A stretch of DNA of 64,000 nucleotides from Amphiscolops sp. MND2022. Lineage: Eukaryota. The notes under the pieces are model-generated. The model made no database searches, had not been told where the DNA came from, and was given only the letters and a program-made list of their open reading frames with translations. The stretch lies in assembly GCA_964187785.1 (NCBI GenBank), contig OZ076409.1:2730001-2794000 (forward strand), read 5' to 3'. The translations under genes and the position numbers were made by a program. Positions 1-13,299 of this stretch are shown here, one piece after another. Every line of letters starts with the position of its first letter. The stretch's first letter is position 1.

Positions 1-202
1 TGTACGACCTTAACCTTCAATGCGCTGAGTTGGTAGTTGAAACAAACGAACCCAAACTTCACATTGAGGATTGCTGAGCCTCAGATAAAACTCACGTTGG
101 TTCAGATAAAGATTAGAAAGTTATTCTAAATCTTTAGCATGCTGTTCATTCCATTGAGGGTGTATTTGTTCCAATAAAACAGATTAGAGGTGAACTTAAA
201 GT

Positions 203-3200
203 TAGGGCCAGCATAAAATCACGCGTGAACATGCCCTAAAATCACGCACTTATTCACGGTATTTTGAATCGAAAATCACGCTAAATTCACGGAAGAAAAA
301 TTGGAGCAAAAGCTGAATTCAATTCATTTTTTACAGAATTTATATCCAAAAAAGCAGTCGTTTGATAATTTCGGGGTCCAAACCTTGGCGGTTTGAAGTG
401 ACAACATTTGAAAACTAGAATAGTTACTTCAAAACCATCATATTTCGACGATTTCTATTCTTTTCTTGTTCTATATTATTCCATTTTCTGGAATGTTCTA
501 GAATAGTTTTTTCAAAACCATCATATTTCGACGATTTCTATTCTTTTCTTGTTCTATATTATTCCATTTTCTGGAATATTCTAGAATAGTTACTTCAAAA
601 CCATCATATTTCGACGATTTCTATTCTTTTCTTGTTCTATATTATTCCATTTTCTGGAATATTCTAGAATAGTTTTTTCAAAACCATCATATTTCGACGA
701 TTTCCATTCTTTTCTTGTTCTATATTATTCCATTTTCTGGAATATTCTAGAATAGTTACTTCAAAACCATCATATTTCGACGATTTCTATTCTTTTCTTG
801 TTCTATATTATTCCATTTTCTGGAATATTCTAGAATAGTTACTTCAAAACCATCATATTTCGACGATTTCTATTCTTTTCTTGTTCTATATTATTCCATT
901 TTCTGGAATATTCTAGAATAGTGTTTTCAAAACCATCATATTTCGACGATTTCTATTCTTTTCTTGTTCTATATTATTCCATTTTCTGGAATATTCTAGA
1001 ATAGTTACTTCAAAACCATCATATTTCGACGATTTCTATTCTTTTCTTGTTCTATATTATTCCATTTTCTGGAATATTCTAGAATAGTTACTTCAAAACC
1101 ATCATATTTCGACGATTTCTATTCTTTTCTCGTTCTATATTATTCCATTTTCTGGAATATTCTAGAATAGTTTTTTCAAAACCATCATATTTCGACTATT
1201 TCCATTTCAGTTCTAAAATCACGCCTTGTCACGGAGCACTCTAATTGGCTAGAAAATCACGCACTTATTCACGGTATTTTGAATGGAAAATCACGCTAAA
1301 TTCACGGAAGAAAAATTAAGGCAATAGCTGCATTCAATTCATTTTTTACAGAATTTATATCCAAAAAAGCAGCAGTCGTTTGATAATTTCGGGGTCCAAC
1401 CCTTGGCGGTTTGAAGTGACAACATTTGAAAACTAGAATAGTTACTTCAAAACCATCATATTTCGACGATTTCTATTCTTTTCTTGTTCTATATTATTCC
1501 ATTTTCTGGAATATTCTAGAATAGTTACTTCAAAACCATCATATTTCGACGATTTCTATTCTTTTCTTGTTCTATATTATTCCATTTTCTGGAATATTCT
1601 AGAATAGTTACTTCAAAACCATCATATTTCGACGATTTCTATTCTTTTCTTGTTCTATATTATTCCATTTTCTGGAATATTCTAGAATAGTTTTTTCAAA
1701 ACCATCATATTTCGACTATTTCCATTTCAGTTCTAAAATCACGCCTTGTCACGGAGCACTCTAATTGGCTAGAAAATCACGCACTTATTCACGGTATTTT
1801 GAATGGAAAATCACGCTAAATTCACGGAAGAAAAATTAAGGCAATAGCTGCATTCAATTCATTTTTTACAGAAATTATATCCAAAAAAGCAGCAGTCGTT
1901 TGATAATTTCGGGGTCCAACCCTTGGTGGTTTGAAGTGACAACATTTGAAAACTAGAATAGTTACTTCAGAACCATCATATTTCGACGATTTCTATTCTT
2001 TTCTTGTTCTATATTATTCCATTTTCTGGAATATTCTAGAATAGTTACTTCAAAACCATCATATTTCGACGATTTCTATTCTTTTCTTGTTCTATATTAT
2101 TCCATTTTCTGGAATATTCTAGAATAGTTACTTCAAAACCATCATATTTCGACGATTTCTATTCTTTTCTTGTTCTATATTATTCCATTTTCTGGAATAT
2201 TCTAGAATAGTTTTTTCAAAACCATCATATTTCGACTATTTCCATTTCAGTTCTAAAATCACGCCTTGTCACGGAGCACTCTAATTGGCTAGAAAATCAG
2301 GCACTTATTCACGGTATTTTGAATCGAAAATCACGCTAAATTCACGGAAGAAAAATTAAGGCAATAGCTGCATTCAATTCATTTTTTACAGAATTTATAT
2401 CCAAAAAAGCAGCAGTCGTTTGATAATTTCGGGGTCCAACCCTTGGCGGTTTGAAGTGACAACATTTGAAAACTAGAATAGGTACTTCAAAACCATCATA
2501 TTTCGACGATTTCTATTCCTTTCTTGTTCTATATTATTCCATTTTCTGGAATATTCTAGAATAGTTACTTCAAAACCATCATATTTCGACGATTTCTATT
2601 CTTTTCTTGTTCTATATTATTCCATTTTTTGGAATATTCTAGAATAGTTTTTTCAAAACCATCATATTTCGACGATTTCTATTCTTTTCTTGTTCTATAT
2701 TATTCCATTTTCTGGAATATTCTAGAATAGTTTTTTCAAAACCATCATATTTCGACGATTTCTATTCTTTTCTTGTTCTATATTATTCCATTTTCTGGAA
2801 TATTCTAGAATAGTTACTTCAAAACCATCATATTTCGACGATTTCTATTCTTTTCTTGTTCTATATTATTCCATTTTCTGGAATATTCTAGAATAGTTTT
2901 TTCAACACCATCATATTTCGACTATTTCCATTTCAGTTCTAAAATCAAGCCTTGTCACGGAGCACTCTAATTGGCTAGACAATCACGCACTTATTCACGG
3001 TATTTTGAATCGAAAATCACGCTAAATTCACGGAAGAAAAATTAAGGCTATAGCTGCATTCAATTCATTTTTTACAGAATTTATATCCAAAAAAGCAGCA
3101 GTCGTTTGATAATTTCGGGGTCCAACCCTTGGCGGTTTGAAGTGACAACATTTGAAAACTAGAATAGTTACTTCAAAACCATCATATTTCGACGATTTCT

Positions 3201-4973
3201 ATTCCTTTCTTGTTCTATATTATTCCATTTTCTGGAATATTCTAGAATAGTTACTTCAAAACCATCATATTTCGACGATTTCTATTCTTTTCTTGTTCTA
3301 TATTATTCCATTTTCTGGAATATTCTAGAATAGTTTTTTCAAAACCATCATATTTCGACGATTTCTATTCTTTTCTTGTTCTATATTATTCCATTTTCTG
3401 GAATATTCTAGAATAGTTTTTTCAAAACCATCATATTTCGACGATTTCTATTCTTTTCTTGTTCTATATTATTCCATTTTCTGGAATATTCTAGAATAGT
3501 TTTTTCAAAACCATCATATTTCGACGATTTCTATTCTTTTCTTGTTCTATATTATTCCATTTTCTGGAATATTCTAGAATAGTTACTTCAAAACCATCAT
3601 ATTTCGACGATTTCTATTCTTTTCTTGTTCTATATTATTCCATTTTCTGGAATATTCTAGAATAGTTTTTTCAAAACCATCATATTTCGACGATTTCTAT
3701 TCTTTTCTTGTTCTATATTGTTCCATTTTCTGGAATATTCTATAATAGTTTTTTCAAAACCATCATATTTCGACGATTTCCATTTCAGTTCTAAAATCAC
3801 GCCTTGTCACGGAGCACTCTAATTGGCTAGAAAATCACGCACTTATTCACGGTATTTTGAATCGAAAATCACGCTAAATTCACGGAAGAAAAATTAAGGC
3901 AATAGCTGCATTCAATTCATTTTTTACAGAATTTATATCCAAAAAAGCAGCAGTCGTTTGATAATTTCGGGGTCCAACCCTTGGCGGCTTGAAGTGACAA
4001 CATTTGAAAACTAGAATAGTTACTTTTAAAACCATCATATTTCGACGATTTCTATTCTTTTCTTGTTCTATATTATTCCATTTTCTGGAATATTCTAGAA
4101 TAGTTACTTCAAAACCATCATATTTCGACGATTTCTATTCTTTTCTTGTTCTATATTATTCCATTTTCTGGAATATTCTAGAATAGTTTTTTCAAAAACA
4201 TCATATTTCGACGATTTCTATTCTTTTCTTGTTCTATATTATTCCATTTTCTGGAATATTCTAGAATAGTTTTTTCAAAACCATCATATTTCGTCAATTT
4301 CTATTCTTTTCTTGTTCTATATTGTTCCATTTTCTGGAATATTCTAGAATAGTTACTTCAAAACCATCATATTTCGACGATTTCTATTCTTTTCTTGTTC
4401 TATATTATTCCATTTTCTGGAATATTCTGAAATAGTTTTTTCAAAACCATCATATTTCGACGATTTCTATTCTTTTCTTGTTCTATATTATTCCATTTTC
4501 TGGAATATTCTAGAATAGTTTTTTCAAAACCATCATATTTCGACGATTTCTATTCTTTTCTTGTTCTATATTATTCCATTTTCTGGAATATTCTAGAATA
4601 GTTTTTTCAAAACCATCATATTTCGACGATTTCTATTCTTTTCTTGTTCTATATTATTCCATTTTCTGGAATATTCAAGAATAGTTTTTCAAAACCATCA
4701 TATTTCGACGATTTCTATTCTTTTCTTGTTCTATATTATTCCATTTTCTGGAATATTCTAGAATAGTTTTTTCAAAACCATCATATTTCGACTATTTCTA
4801 TTCTTTTCTTGTTCTATATTATTCCATTTTCTGGAATATTCTAGAATAGTTTTTTCAAAACCATCATATTTCGACTATTTCTAGTTCAGTTCTAAAATCA
4901 CGCCTTGTCACGGAGCACTCTAATTGGCTAGAAAATCACGCTAATTCACGCGCGTGATGTTATGCTGGGCCTA
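203..4973. mobile_element. TIR-bounded non-autonomous DNA element containing an internal satellite
   Basis: Left end TAGGGCCAGCATAAAATCACGCGTGAA; right end reverse-complements to TAGGCCCAGCATAACATCACGCGCGTGAA. Flanks ACTTAAAGT (194-202) and ACTTAAACT (4974-4982) form a 9-bp direct repeat with 1 mismatch. Confidence 0.8.
415..4885 (+). repeat. 83-bp satellite in six blocks separated by a conserved ~235-bp spacer (higher-order repeat)
   Basis: Unit CTAGAATAGTT(AC/TT)TTCAAAACCATCATATTTCGACGATTTCTATTCTTTTCTTGTTCTATATTATTCCATTTTCTGGAATATT recurs every 83 bp (421, 504, 587...). Blocks have about 9, 3, 3, 5, 7 and 10 full units plus a partial unit. Confidence 0.97.
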
Positions 4974-5395
4974 ACTTAAACTGGCTATGAGCAGCATCGA
5001 GTTTGCATTGAGCTTCAAATCAAATTATTTGAGCTTCAAATTTAATTATCTACCAGTAAAAAATGCCTCTTGTTTTCATTTCCCCTCTATCGATAAGATG
5101 TAATATTTGATGTTTTTAATCTATTTCTGGATTTGTGGTTTTTGAGCCATCTCATTTTTGCAGCTGAAATTATCGGAGATCAATTTTCCGGATGTCTCAA
5201 GCTCTGAGATTTTCTAAGGTTTATTCCAATCTCAACTCCAGTTGAGATTGACTATTAGCTATTTAAGACTTCTTTTTTGTTGAAGAAAACTTTAGTTGAA
5301 GAAATTCCTTGAAAAAGCTTTTAAAAATATATAAACGTTTGAACAATTTCAACTATTGATTTAAAATGCGTAATGACATTACTTTGACGTTAACG

Positions 5396-6832
5396 CCAAA
5401 AAGCTAAAGACACTCGATTTTGCGGACAAAATTTGAAGTCGCAATAAATTTTTACACAATCAATTTACACAAAAGTCCCAGAAACAAAATTTTTTCTACT
5501 TTCGATTCGAATTACAAGAGTAACAAAATTACAAAAACTATTACAGCTTTTTATGACTTGAAATTTATGAAAATTGTCAAACAATATCTCGAAAACGGCT
5601 GTTTTTAACGAAAATGTCCGGGACAAACTGGTTACCTTTGATTCAGGTCTCTAACTTTTGACTTCGACACTTCTTGTGAAAAGAGTTTATGCCACAAAAT
5701 GGTCACAAAATGCAAATTTGTTCAACTTTTACTCGGTAAAGAAATTGTTTCGCCGGATTGAAACTTTTTCTTCTTTCAAGAAAACTTTTCTTCTGAAAAA
5801 TTGTTGGAGAGAAAAGTTTTTAAATGGTGTCAGTACTACAAAAATGATCGAACAATGTTTTTCTTCTGACCAGTAGTTTTCTAGATATAGCGTAATGAAG
5901 GTGAGATTAACCAGAAATTTGGTCGTCAGAATTCTCGTCGTCGGTGATTACGTTCTATAAAACGTCGCATTTCCTCTGAGCTATTAGGAATTGTCTTATT
6001 ATTGAGTCTTATTAATAATCGATAACTGTGCAATTATTGCTATCATTGACTACTATTAGTTATGGTTTTGAGAGAAACAGTTTCGGACAATGTTCCTTAT
6101 ATTCCCAGATACACCTTGTTTCTTATCCCCCAACACGAAGTTGTTTCGACACTTAAAGCAAAAATTACCATGATTTTTTGATGATTTTCGAATAAAGAAG
6201 CAAAAACTTCCCCCTGGAGCAAGCCTAAATTGTATTTTGAAGCCCCGGTAAGTAGTTACACCGGTAGGACTGAAAATACACCATTACCCAATAAGCGTCT
6301 TGATGAGTTGATTGAATGCAATTAACTTTTTGACTCAATTTTGGTGTCAAACTGAAAATTGTTCTTAAGATCTCATTTCAATGATTGAATATTTGAATAA
6401 ATCAAAAGATATCTTTTCGTGAACGCTGTTAATGCTAGTCAATACGACGAATTTTCCGACGACGAAATTTCTGGATTTGCTAATACGACGAAATTTCATA
6501 CCACGAAATTTCATACGACGAAATTTTTGACCACGAAATTTCGGCCTCCCGAAGTTATATAGCGTATTAATAAGCTCCTCGAAATAACAAGTGGCATATA
6601 CTTAAGAAAAACTTCCATGCGTGCTTCCAGTATTTTTGTTTATCATGTTCGATTAGGGATAACTTTTTGAAATTTTGATACGATTTGAAAACAAAACATA
6701 TTTTGAAATTGTGTTGCTGATGACAATTCGAGTGACTTTTGCACCTGAAGCAGTTTCGCAAAATGAATACTTTGAAAGTTATTGCGATTTGAAAATTTCA
6801 GTTATCCAAATCGAGTGTCTTTAGCTTTTTGG
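5396..6832. mobile_element. Degenerate inverted-repeat element enclosing a Mutator-like MITE
   Basis: CCAAAAAGCTAAAGACACTCGATTT at 5396-5420 and its reverse complement at 6808-6832; weaker inverted similarity continues inward (TCGCAATAA). Confidence 0.55.
5903..6550 (-). mobile_element. Non-autonomous relative of the Mutator-like element at 52791-54576
   Basis: Ends carry GAAATTTCGTCGT-type subterminal repeats in inverted orientation. Right end CGAAATTTCGGCCTCCC matches the reverse complement of GGGAGGCGGAAATTTCG at 52791. Confidence 0.7.
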
Positions 6833-7602
6833 TACCCTAGTGTATGAGACGATTGGGCAAAATTGTTCCTTGGGAAACTTGATACAAATTATTTGACTCA
6901 ATCAAATCAATTTTTCCGAGAATAGAAAACTGTCTTTTTGTAATTAAACTGTTTTGGCCAATTGTTATCAATATTGAAATCCCCGACATTATTTTTGTCA
7001 ATGTTCAGTTTTGCTGATTGCTTTTTTATTTACGCCAAAATATTCAACTGACATGGAATTAAAAATAGTTGCTGTCAAATAATTCAATCAAATAGTCAAT
7101 CGTATGCCACTTTAGTTTGATCAATCGACAGAACTAGATACACCAATTTGAAGTTCTAATGTTTTGAAGAAAGTGTAGGATTTGTTCATGGTCTCATTAA
7201 AACGAAAACAGCAATTAGAGCTTTTTAAAATGATTAATTTCATTTAGGGAATTCTTAGACACGTAAAAATTACATTTGTCTCAATCTAGCTCAACATGTA
7301 TATAACAGTGGTTTGGTTTGTCAGCGGTATGTTGAAGAAGATTTTTTCTACCAACAGTTCGCAAAACATTAGATTTCATTTTCTACTAAATTAAGTTTGA
7401 GTTTTTCGACACTGCAGCTTTTTCCAAAAATGTCCTCAAACTAGTTTTTTCTCTGGTTTTCATTCGAGGAAAAGCGTTTTTCGAGTCTCAAGGGGTTGTG
7501 TTTTAGAACTGCGAAATTATTGAGTGATACAGTTGACAATGAAAAATTCAGTTTGAGTTGTTAATGAAATTGTGAAGCGCTTAAACTACAAGATGGCGGG
7601 TT

Positions 7603-8565
7603 GGGCGGCGATTCATCCCATGCGACGATTCGTCACAAACGACAATTCGTCCCAAATACTAAAAAGCGGCAATTCGTCCCAAATACTAAAAAGCGGCAAT
7701 TCGTCCCAAATACTAAAAAGCGACAATTAGTCCCAAATTGTTTAATTGATCAGCTTATTAACAACATTTTAATACACTAGTCTCGAAATACTGAAGAATT
7801 TGAAAGAAGATTTTCCAGTTTGCCAAAACGAGGCCCCATTAATTGTTGTTAATTTTTGGTACCGGCCTCTAAATGTAATATTTTTGGAATCATTATTACA
7901 AAGATAATAATTGGCAAATAAATTGGGGACGAAATGCAGCTTTTAAAAATTGGGACGAATTGCAGCTTTTAAACAAGACGGGATTGTCTCAAGTCGGCGC
8001 CATATCTAAGGCGCAAAAATTTTCAAAGAACAACTATTGGAAACATTTGGAAAAATTATTTTTTCAAAAAAACATTTTTGAACTTTTTTCGAAAAAAGTA
8101 TTTCTTTTAGAAAGTCGCACAATGCCGAAAAACTCAAAAAGAGGCCATTCAGGCTCATTAAACGTTTTTACAAACCGAAAACTTCAAAAAAAGCAAGGGG
8201 TTACCCTTTGATAGAATCCGAAAATTTTCGGAAAAAAGTCGTATAGTGCCGAAAAAAAAACGAAAAAAATCAAACGAAAGAAAACCTTTGGTCTCGCATC
8301 TACTTTTGGAAGCATAAAAAATTTGTGGTTTAGTGCGAGAATCGAACCCACTATCTCCGGCTTCTCAGAAAATTAGTTGAACAAATGAACAAAGATTGTA
8401 AGAAAAATGGACCATTCAGAGTGAGATTGTAGGCTGAAAAAGAAAAAAACTACCCACTGTAATAGTCGGGCTTTTTTCCTTAAGGGAAAAGGCGCCGACT
8501 ATAAATTGGGTCGAACTGTCGCCTTTTCAAAATGGGACGAACTGTCGCTTGGGACGAATTGTCGC
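7603..8565. mobile_element. MITE with repeated GCGACAATTCGTCCCA subterminal motifs, interrupted by a HINE-A copy
   Basis: Direct copies of (GCG)RCAATTCGTCCCAAA including a 30-bp tandem at 7640-7740; inverted copies TTGGGACGAATTG at 7923-7970 and 8506-8565. Confidence 0.65.
7972..8503 (-). mobile_element. HINE-A copy (Helitron2/Helentron-like non-autonomous element)
   Basis: Minus strand: 5' TAGTCGGCGCC hairpin; 3' GGCGCCGACT + AGAC..GTCT hairpin + CTTGTT. Confidence 0.8.
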
Positions 8566-9189
8566 TTTATGAGGATGGCGAGAATATTGCAACTGTGAGA
8601 TCGCGGGTTGATGGCAGATTTAAAGCTGAGGCAGCTGTGATAAAGGATGAAAAGCGGCACGTCTCATCGATAAAAGTGTTTCTCGAGAAAAATTGAGGCT
8701 TGCGGTGTTGACGTCATTTGATTGCAAGACAAAAACTTAAAATAGACAATGCTGGATGGAAATCATAACTCAAAACTTCTAGAACTTCTAGTTCAAGTTT
8801 ATCAAAAAACAATCATCGCAAACCTCCAACCCCAAACCCCCAAAATGACGAGTGTTTGGATGAACATTGTGATCACCTTATTTGACTGTTATGGGCATGT
8901 CATACATTTGAATTGATGACAATTACATTGTGTAATGATACCGCATGGGCGCATTTGAACAGACAAGAGATCCACGCTTTAGTTTGTTTACTTGAGCAAT
9001 TTCTTCCTCATTACCCGTAAACTTCATTTTTCTGAGGTACTTTTAGGGAAAAACGGCCTTTAGGGAAAAACGGCCTAATATTACAGTGGCAAATTTTTTT
9101 TTCGTCAGACAACAGAATGTATGCGTAGTGGGCACGTTTTACAGAACTACTAAACTACTGGACCGGCAACCGGAAATGCATCTAAGTTA

Positions 9190-9633
9190 GTTCAAAGGGT
9201 CCCCCTTTCATTTACTCCATTTTTAACGTAAAATACAAAACCGGACGAGACTATAGGGTCCCCCTTTGATTTTTTTCGGCACTGGGACTTTTTCACTGTG
9301 CGACTTTTTCACTGAAATTTTTTTCAAAATTCTTTTGTCTCCAAAGGGTCCCCATTTCAAGTTTTTTGATGTTATGCACCAAACTGAAGTTTCGAAAAGC
9401 ACGAAGGGTCTCCCCTTTTAAGTTTTTCGGCACTATAAAACTGTTTCAAAATTATCATTTTTCGTTTCCTTTTCAAAAATTTTTAAATGTCTCCAATGGG
9501 TCCTCCCTTCAATTTTTTGATTTTTTGCAATAAACTGGACTTTTAGAAAGCCCAAAAACTTTTACAATTTTGAAAATTTTTGCGTTTTTTGAGCTTTAGA
9601 TATAGCGCCGACTCTAGACGTTTGCGTCTTGTT
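9190..9633 (+). mobile_element. HINE-A copy, 5'-truncated
   Basis: Internal AAGGGTCCCC and TTTTCGGCACTG modules; 3' end AGCGCCGACTCTAGACGTTTGCGTCTTGTT. Confidence 0.75.
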
Positions 9634-11417
9634 ACCTAACTGTTCCTTTTGAGATATACACATTAACCATGTAGGCGTGAAACAATTGAGTAGGTGTAAT
9701 CAAGTTAGGTCTTTGGACCACCTTATTTTTCAATTCATTTCTTTACCCAGTTTCGACTTTTCGCCAAAGCCTCAGGTGTTCTCAAGATGTAAACCTTTTC
9801 AACCAAGAATTAAGCAGTGTTTAGGAACTGTTCGCAGCTTTGAGCACCGAATATATGGCGGCGCAAAGTTTGGTCAGGTAAGGGATCATGCTGTCATTAC
9901 ACTGAGGGTCGTCACACATCTGGGCACGACTGTTTTTTTTAAAAACTTTCAAAATATTGTACTTGTAATTTTATCTTTTCAGTTGAGAAATTTGCTTCAC
10001 ACTGACTGATCTCCTTGTAATTTTTTTGTCTTTGTACATTTTCGAGTTAATTTTTTGTCAGAGCGTTCACAATAAACCTTTTTCGACGTTCTGTATCTTT
10101 TAAAATTTACTTATAACAACCCTGATTTCGGAAAATTTCTTTTTCGAGGAAAAAATTACAATGTCTGGATAGTTGACGTTATTTGTTCATGACTTTCGTT
10201 TGTCCATGCATTTTGTCAAGCTTTCAGTTGGGTAATAAGAGTATGAAACTTTGGTTTGTTATAAACTTCTATGGGCCTCAAAACTGTTTCATAATTGGTC
10301 TTTGGTCTTCTTCAAATGAAGTGGTTTCGATTTCATTATTGTAAATATAGATAGGTTACACCTTTGCTTAAATGTACTTTTTTCACTCATTGACATGTGA
10401 ACAAAAATTCGAGGTCACACTTTTTTCAACTTTTTCTTTTTGCTGACTTTAAATAGAATTTTCTACGTCACAAAGTATTTGAACCCACGGACATTTTGAT
10501 GACGTCAAAACTTTTGAACCATACAGGCAAATAAAAGGAAAATCGAGGGGCATCTAACGAAACTGTAGCAGAGCAAATTGACTGAGCAAAATCTCATTAC
10601 TAAGCAGTCCATGGCCACTTTAACAATAATAACAATAATATCGCCTACTGGTATGAAGGTAGGTTATAAAATGTGTAGGTTAGGTTATATACAACGGAAT
10701 CCGGCTGGTAAACATTATAAAAACCCTCCGTTTTTTTCAGAAATGTTAATAAATGGAACCATATTTCATGGCTCCGGTGGTTGTAATAGTTTGAGGAAAG
10801 ATTCTAATTGAGAAAAAACAGTAGGCGAAAAGACGGGAAATGTAATACATGCGTGGGTTGACATTTAGGGAAAAAGTGTAAAATTGTATATTTTTGTCTG
10901 TTTTGCTAAGATGTCATTAATGCATGTATGGCAGAAGTTTCAAGCATGCTGATAAACTTAATTGACGATAATGGATTTTGAAGGCTTGTTTGCTGCGGAA
11001 TAATGTTTCACTTTTCCTTGAGATAAAAGTTCGCTACCCCACTCAAAAGTAAAAGGCGTAAACTTATTCAAAGTCATTATATTTTGAACTGATTCAAACA
11101 AATTCCTTCAAAGGCTTTGCTAGAGAAAAAAAACATTTTTAGAAAACCAAGCAAAAAAGCTTTCTTTTAAACTCGCTTCCACGAATCTAAACGATATTAA
11201 CGAATGAACGATACGATATAAATTCCATGTTTTTCAGACTTGTGGAAAATTTCACGAATCTTTCATCTTTCTACATTTTAGCATAGTTCAATTTTGTTAA
11301 GTTTGTGAAAAAACGCTGAAAATACTCAAAACCCAGTGTTTGAATAGATGAACCGTTTGCCACGGTTATGGCGAATCTTTGTGAATCATAGTAAACTAGA
11401 GTACTCGGTGAACCATA

Positions 11418-11966
11418 AACAAGCCGGGACCGGCCAAAGTCGGCGCTATATCTAAGGCTCAAAACTGTAAAAGGGAGGGCCTTTAGACTTTGTGAAACTC
11501 CAGTTGGTTGCAAAATTTGAAAAAAATGAAGGGGGACCCTTGGGAGATTTTAAAAAACTTCCGAAAAAATTTCAAAAATGAGATTTTTGAAAAGTGTCAC
11601 AGTGCCGAAAAATGTAAAACGGGGTACCATTTGGGACTTTTTGACATCCATTGTGTTGCAAAATATCGAAACAAACGAAGAGGGACCCTTTGGTGCAATC
11701 CAAAAAATTTCAAAAAAAGTCTCATAATGCCGAAAAAAAATCTAAGTTAAAAACACCTAGATAGCCAAAGTGTGTATTCGAGGTTTTGGACGTCGGTTTT
11801 GTTTCTTTTTGTGTTGGCGAGGTTCTGAGGTTTAGTGTATTAAACCTCCCTAGTTCATCAAGTTGTCGAACAAATGAACAAAAAAGTGGACCGTACGCGT
11901 CTAAAAAAAGAAAATCTACCCACTGTAAGAGCCGGGCTCATTTTCTACTAAAATGTGCCGACTAAA
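11418..11966 (-). mobile_element. HINE-A copy
   Basis: Plus strand reads AACAAGCCGGGACCGGCCAAAGTCGGCGC ... GTGCCGACTAAAAA; both family ends present. Confidence 0.8.
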
Positions 11967-13299
11967 AACGGAATGTATGAATACGTTTGAGTTTTCAAAG
12001 TTTCAAATGTTTGTCAACAAATATTTCAAAAAAAAACTCTGAACATTGCACTTCAGGTTGTCAGTCATTCATATTAACAGCTTTTCTTCGAAGCAAAAGA
12101 ACTTTCACACATCAAAAGTGTGAACGAAGTGACTGGTGAAGACGTCTACAATTTTTCTGAATGTTCGGCACATTCTCTGTTAAAGATTTCGTGAAATATT
12201 ACGTAATGAGAGGAGGATGATTGACAGATAAAGTGAAATGTTATCATTGTCTTGTTTACAAATATTACAATTTTGATGAGTGAAGGGTATTTAATGCAAT
12301 GCAACGGGAGGCCCCTGATGATCGACAAAAATTTAAGCGGTCGAGCCGCCTTTGCAGTTGCAACCGATAGGCCACCAGTGGAAATAATTCGACGTTTATA
12401 CAAAGCCAGGCAAAAAACGTAATGCGAACACAAACAGATTACTTCTAACAATCAGACCATTTATTTTGCTTGTTTTACTCGTTTTACTTCATCTAGTGAG
12501 TCATGTTCTATGAAGATGATGTTTTTCCAAGAATATTTGCAAAGCTATTCTGCTTTCCGAGGCATTCTTTGTATCCCCTTTATTGATTGTTTTGAAGAGC
12601 CAGCCTAGTTTTTCAGGTTTATTTTCATGAATCTATCGTATTTCTGTCTCAATGCTTTGTTGGGTTTACCCTGCTACTCCGATTGCGGAGGTACCGACGT
12701 TAATACAGGGCCACGGTTGACACCGGTCTGTTACCAACTCGACAGACTGTTACATCATTGACGCTCCAAAAGACAGTACCGAAAACAATCGAGACGTTAA
12801 AAACCGAAATCGACAGAAAAGAGCACATTTACTCACTAATGAGTATTTTTTGTCTCACAACGTGGAAAACAGCCACACAAGTTGATCATGAATCAGCTTT
12901 TTGCTCAGCTTATATCAAAGTCCCAAGAGGACTGTAATGGAGAAATCAATGACTCACTACGACTAAAACTTTGCATTACGACTTTTCATTCACAAGACTT
13001 ACTCAAATGCTGGCTTCTCAATAATCACGCCCAAGTTCTACAGCAACTGAATCAGCACACTGCCAAACAAAAACAAATGACCCTTAATTTACCTTGCTAA
13101 ACAAAATTAAAAGCAGCACTTTGCTTGCTAGTTCCCAAATTTTCCAGGTTCCCACTTAAGATCTTAAGCTTTCTAGCTTGCCTAGTTTCGAAACGTCACC
13201 CTGGCCTGAACTTAGTTCACTGATTCTTATTAATCCTAGATTTTCGATCGTATATAGTTACTCAACGTCAAGTTTTGTCTGGTCTAAGTTTTTGTTATA

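Noticed and set aside
415..4885. CRISPR-like array
   Set aside because: Units are contiguous 83-bp tandem copies with no unique spacers, the inter-block segments are near-identical, and no cas genes are present.
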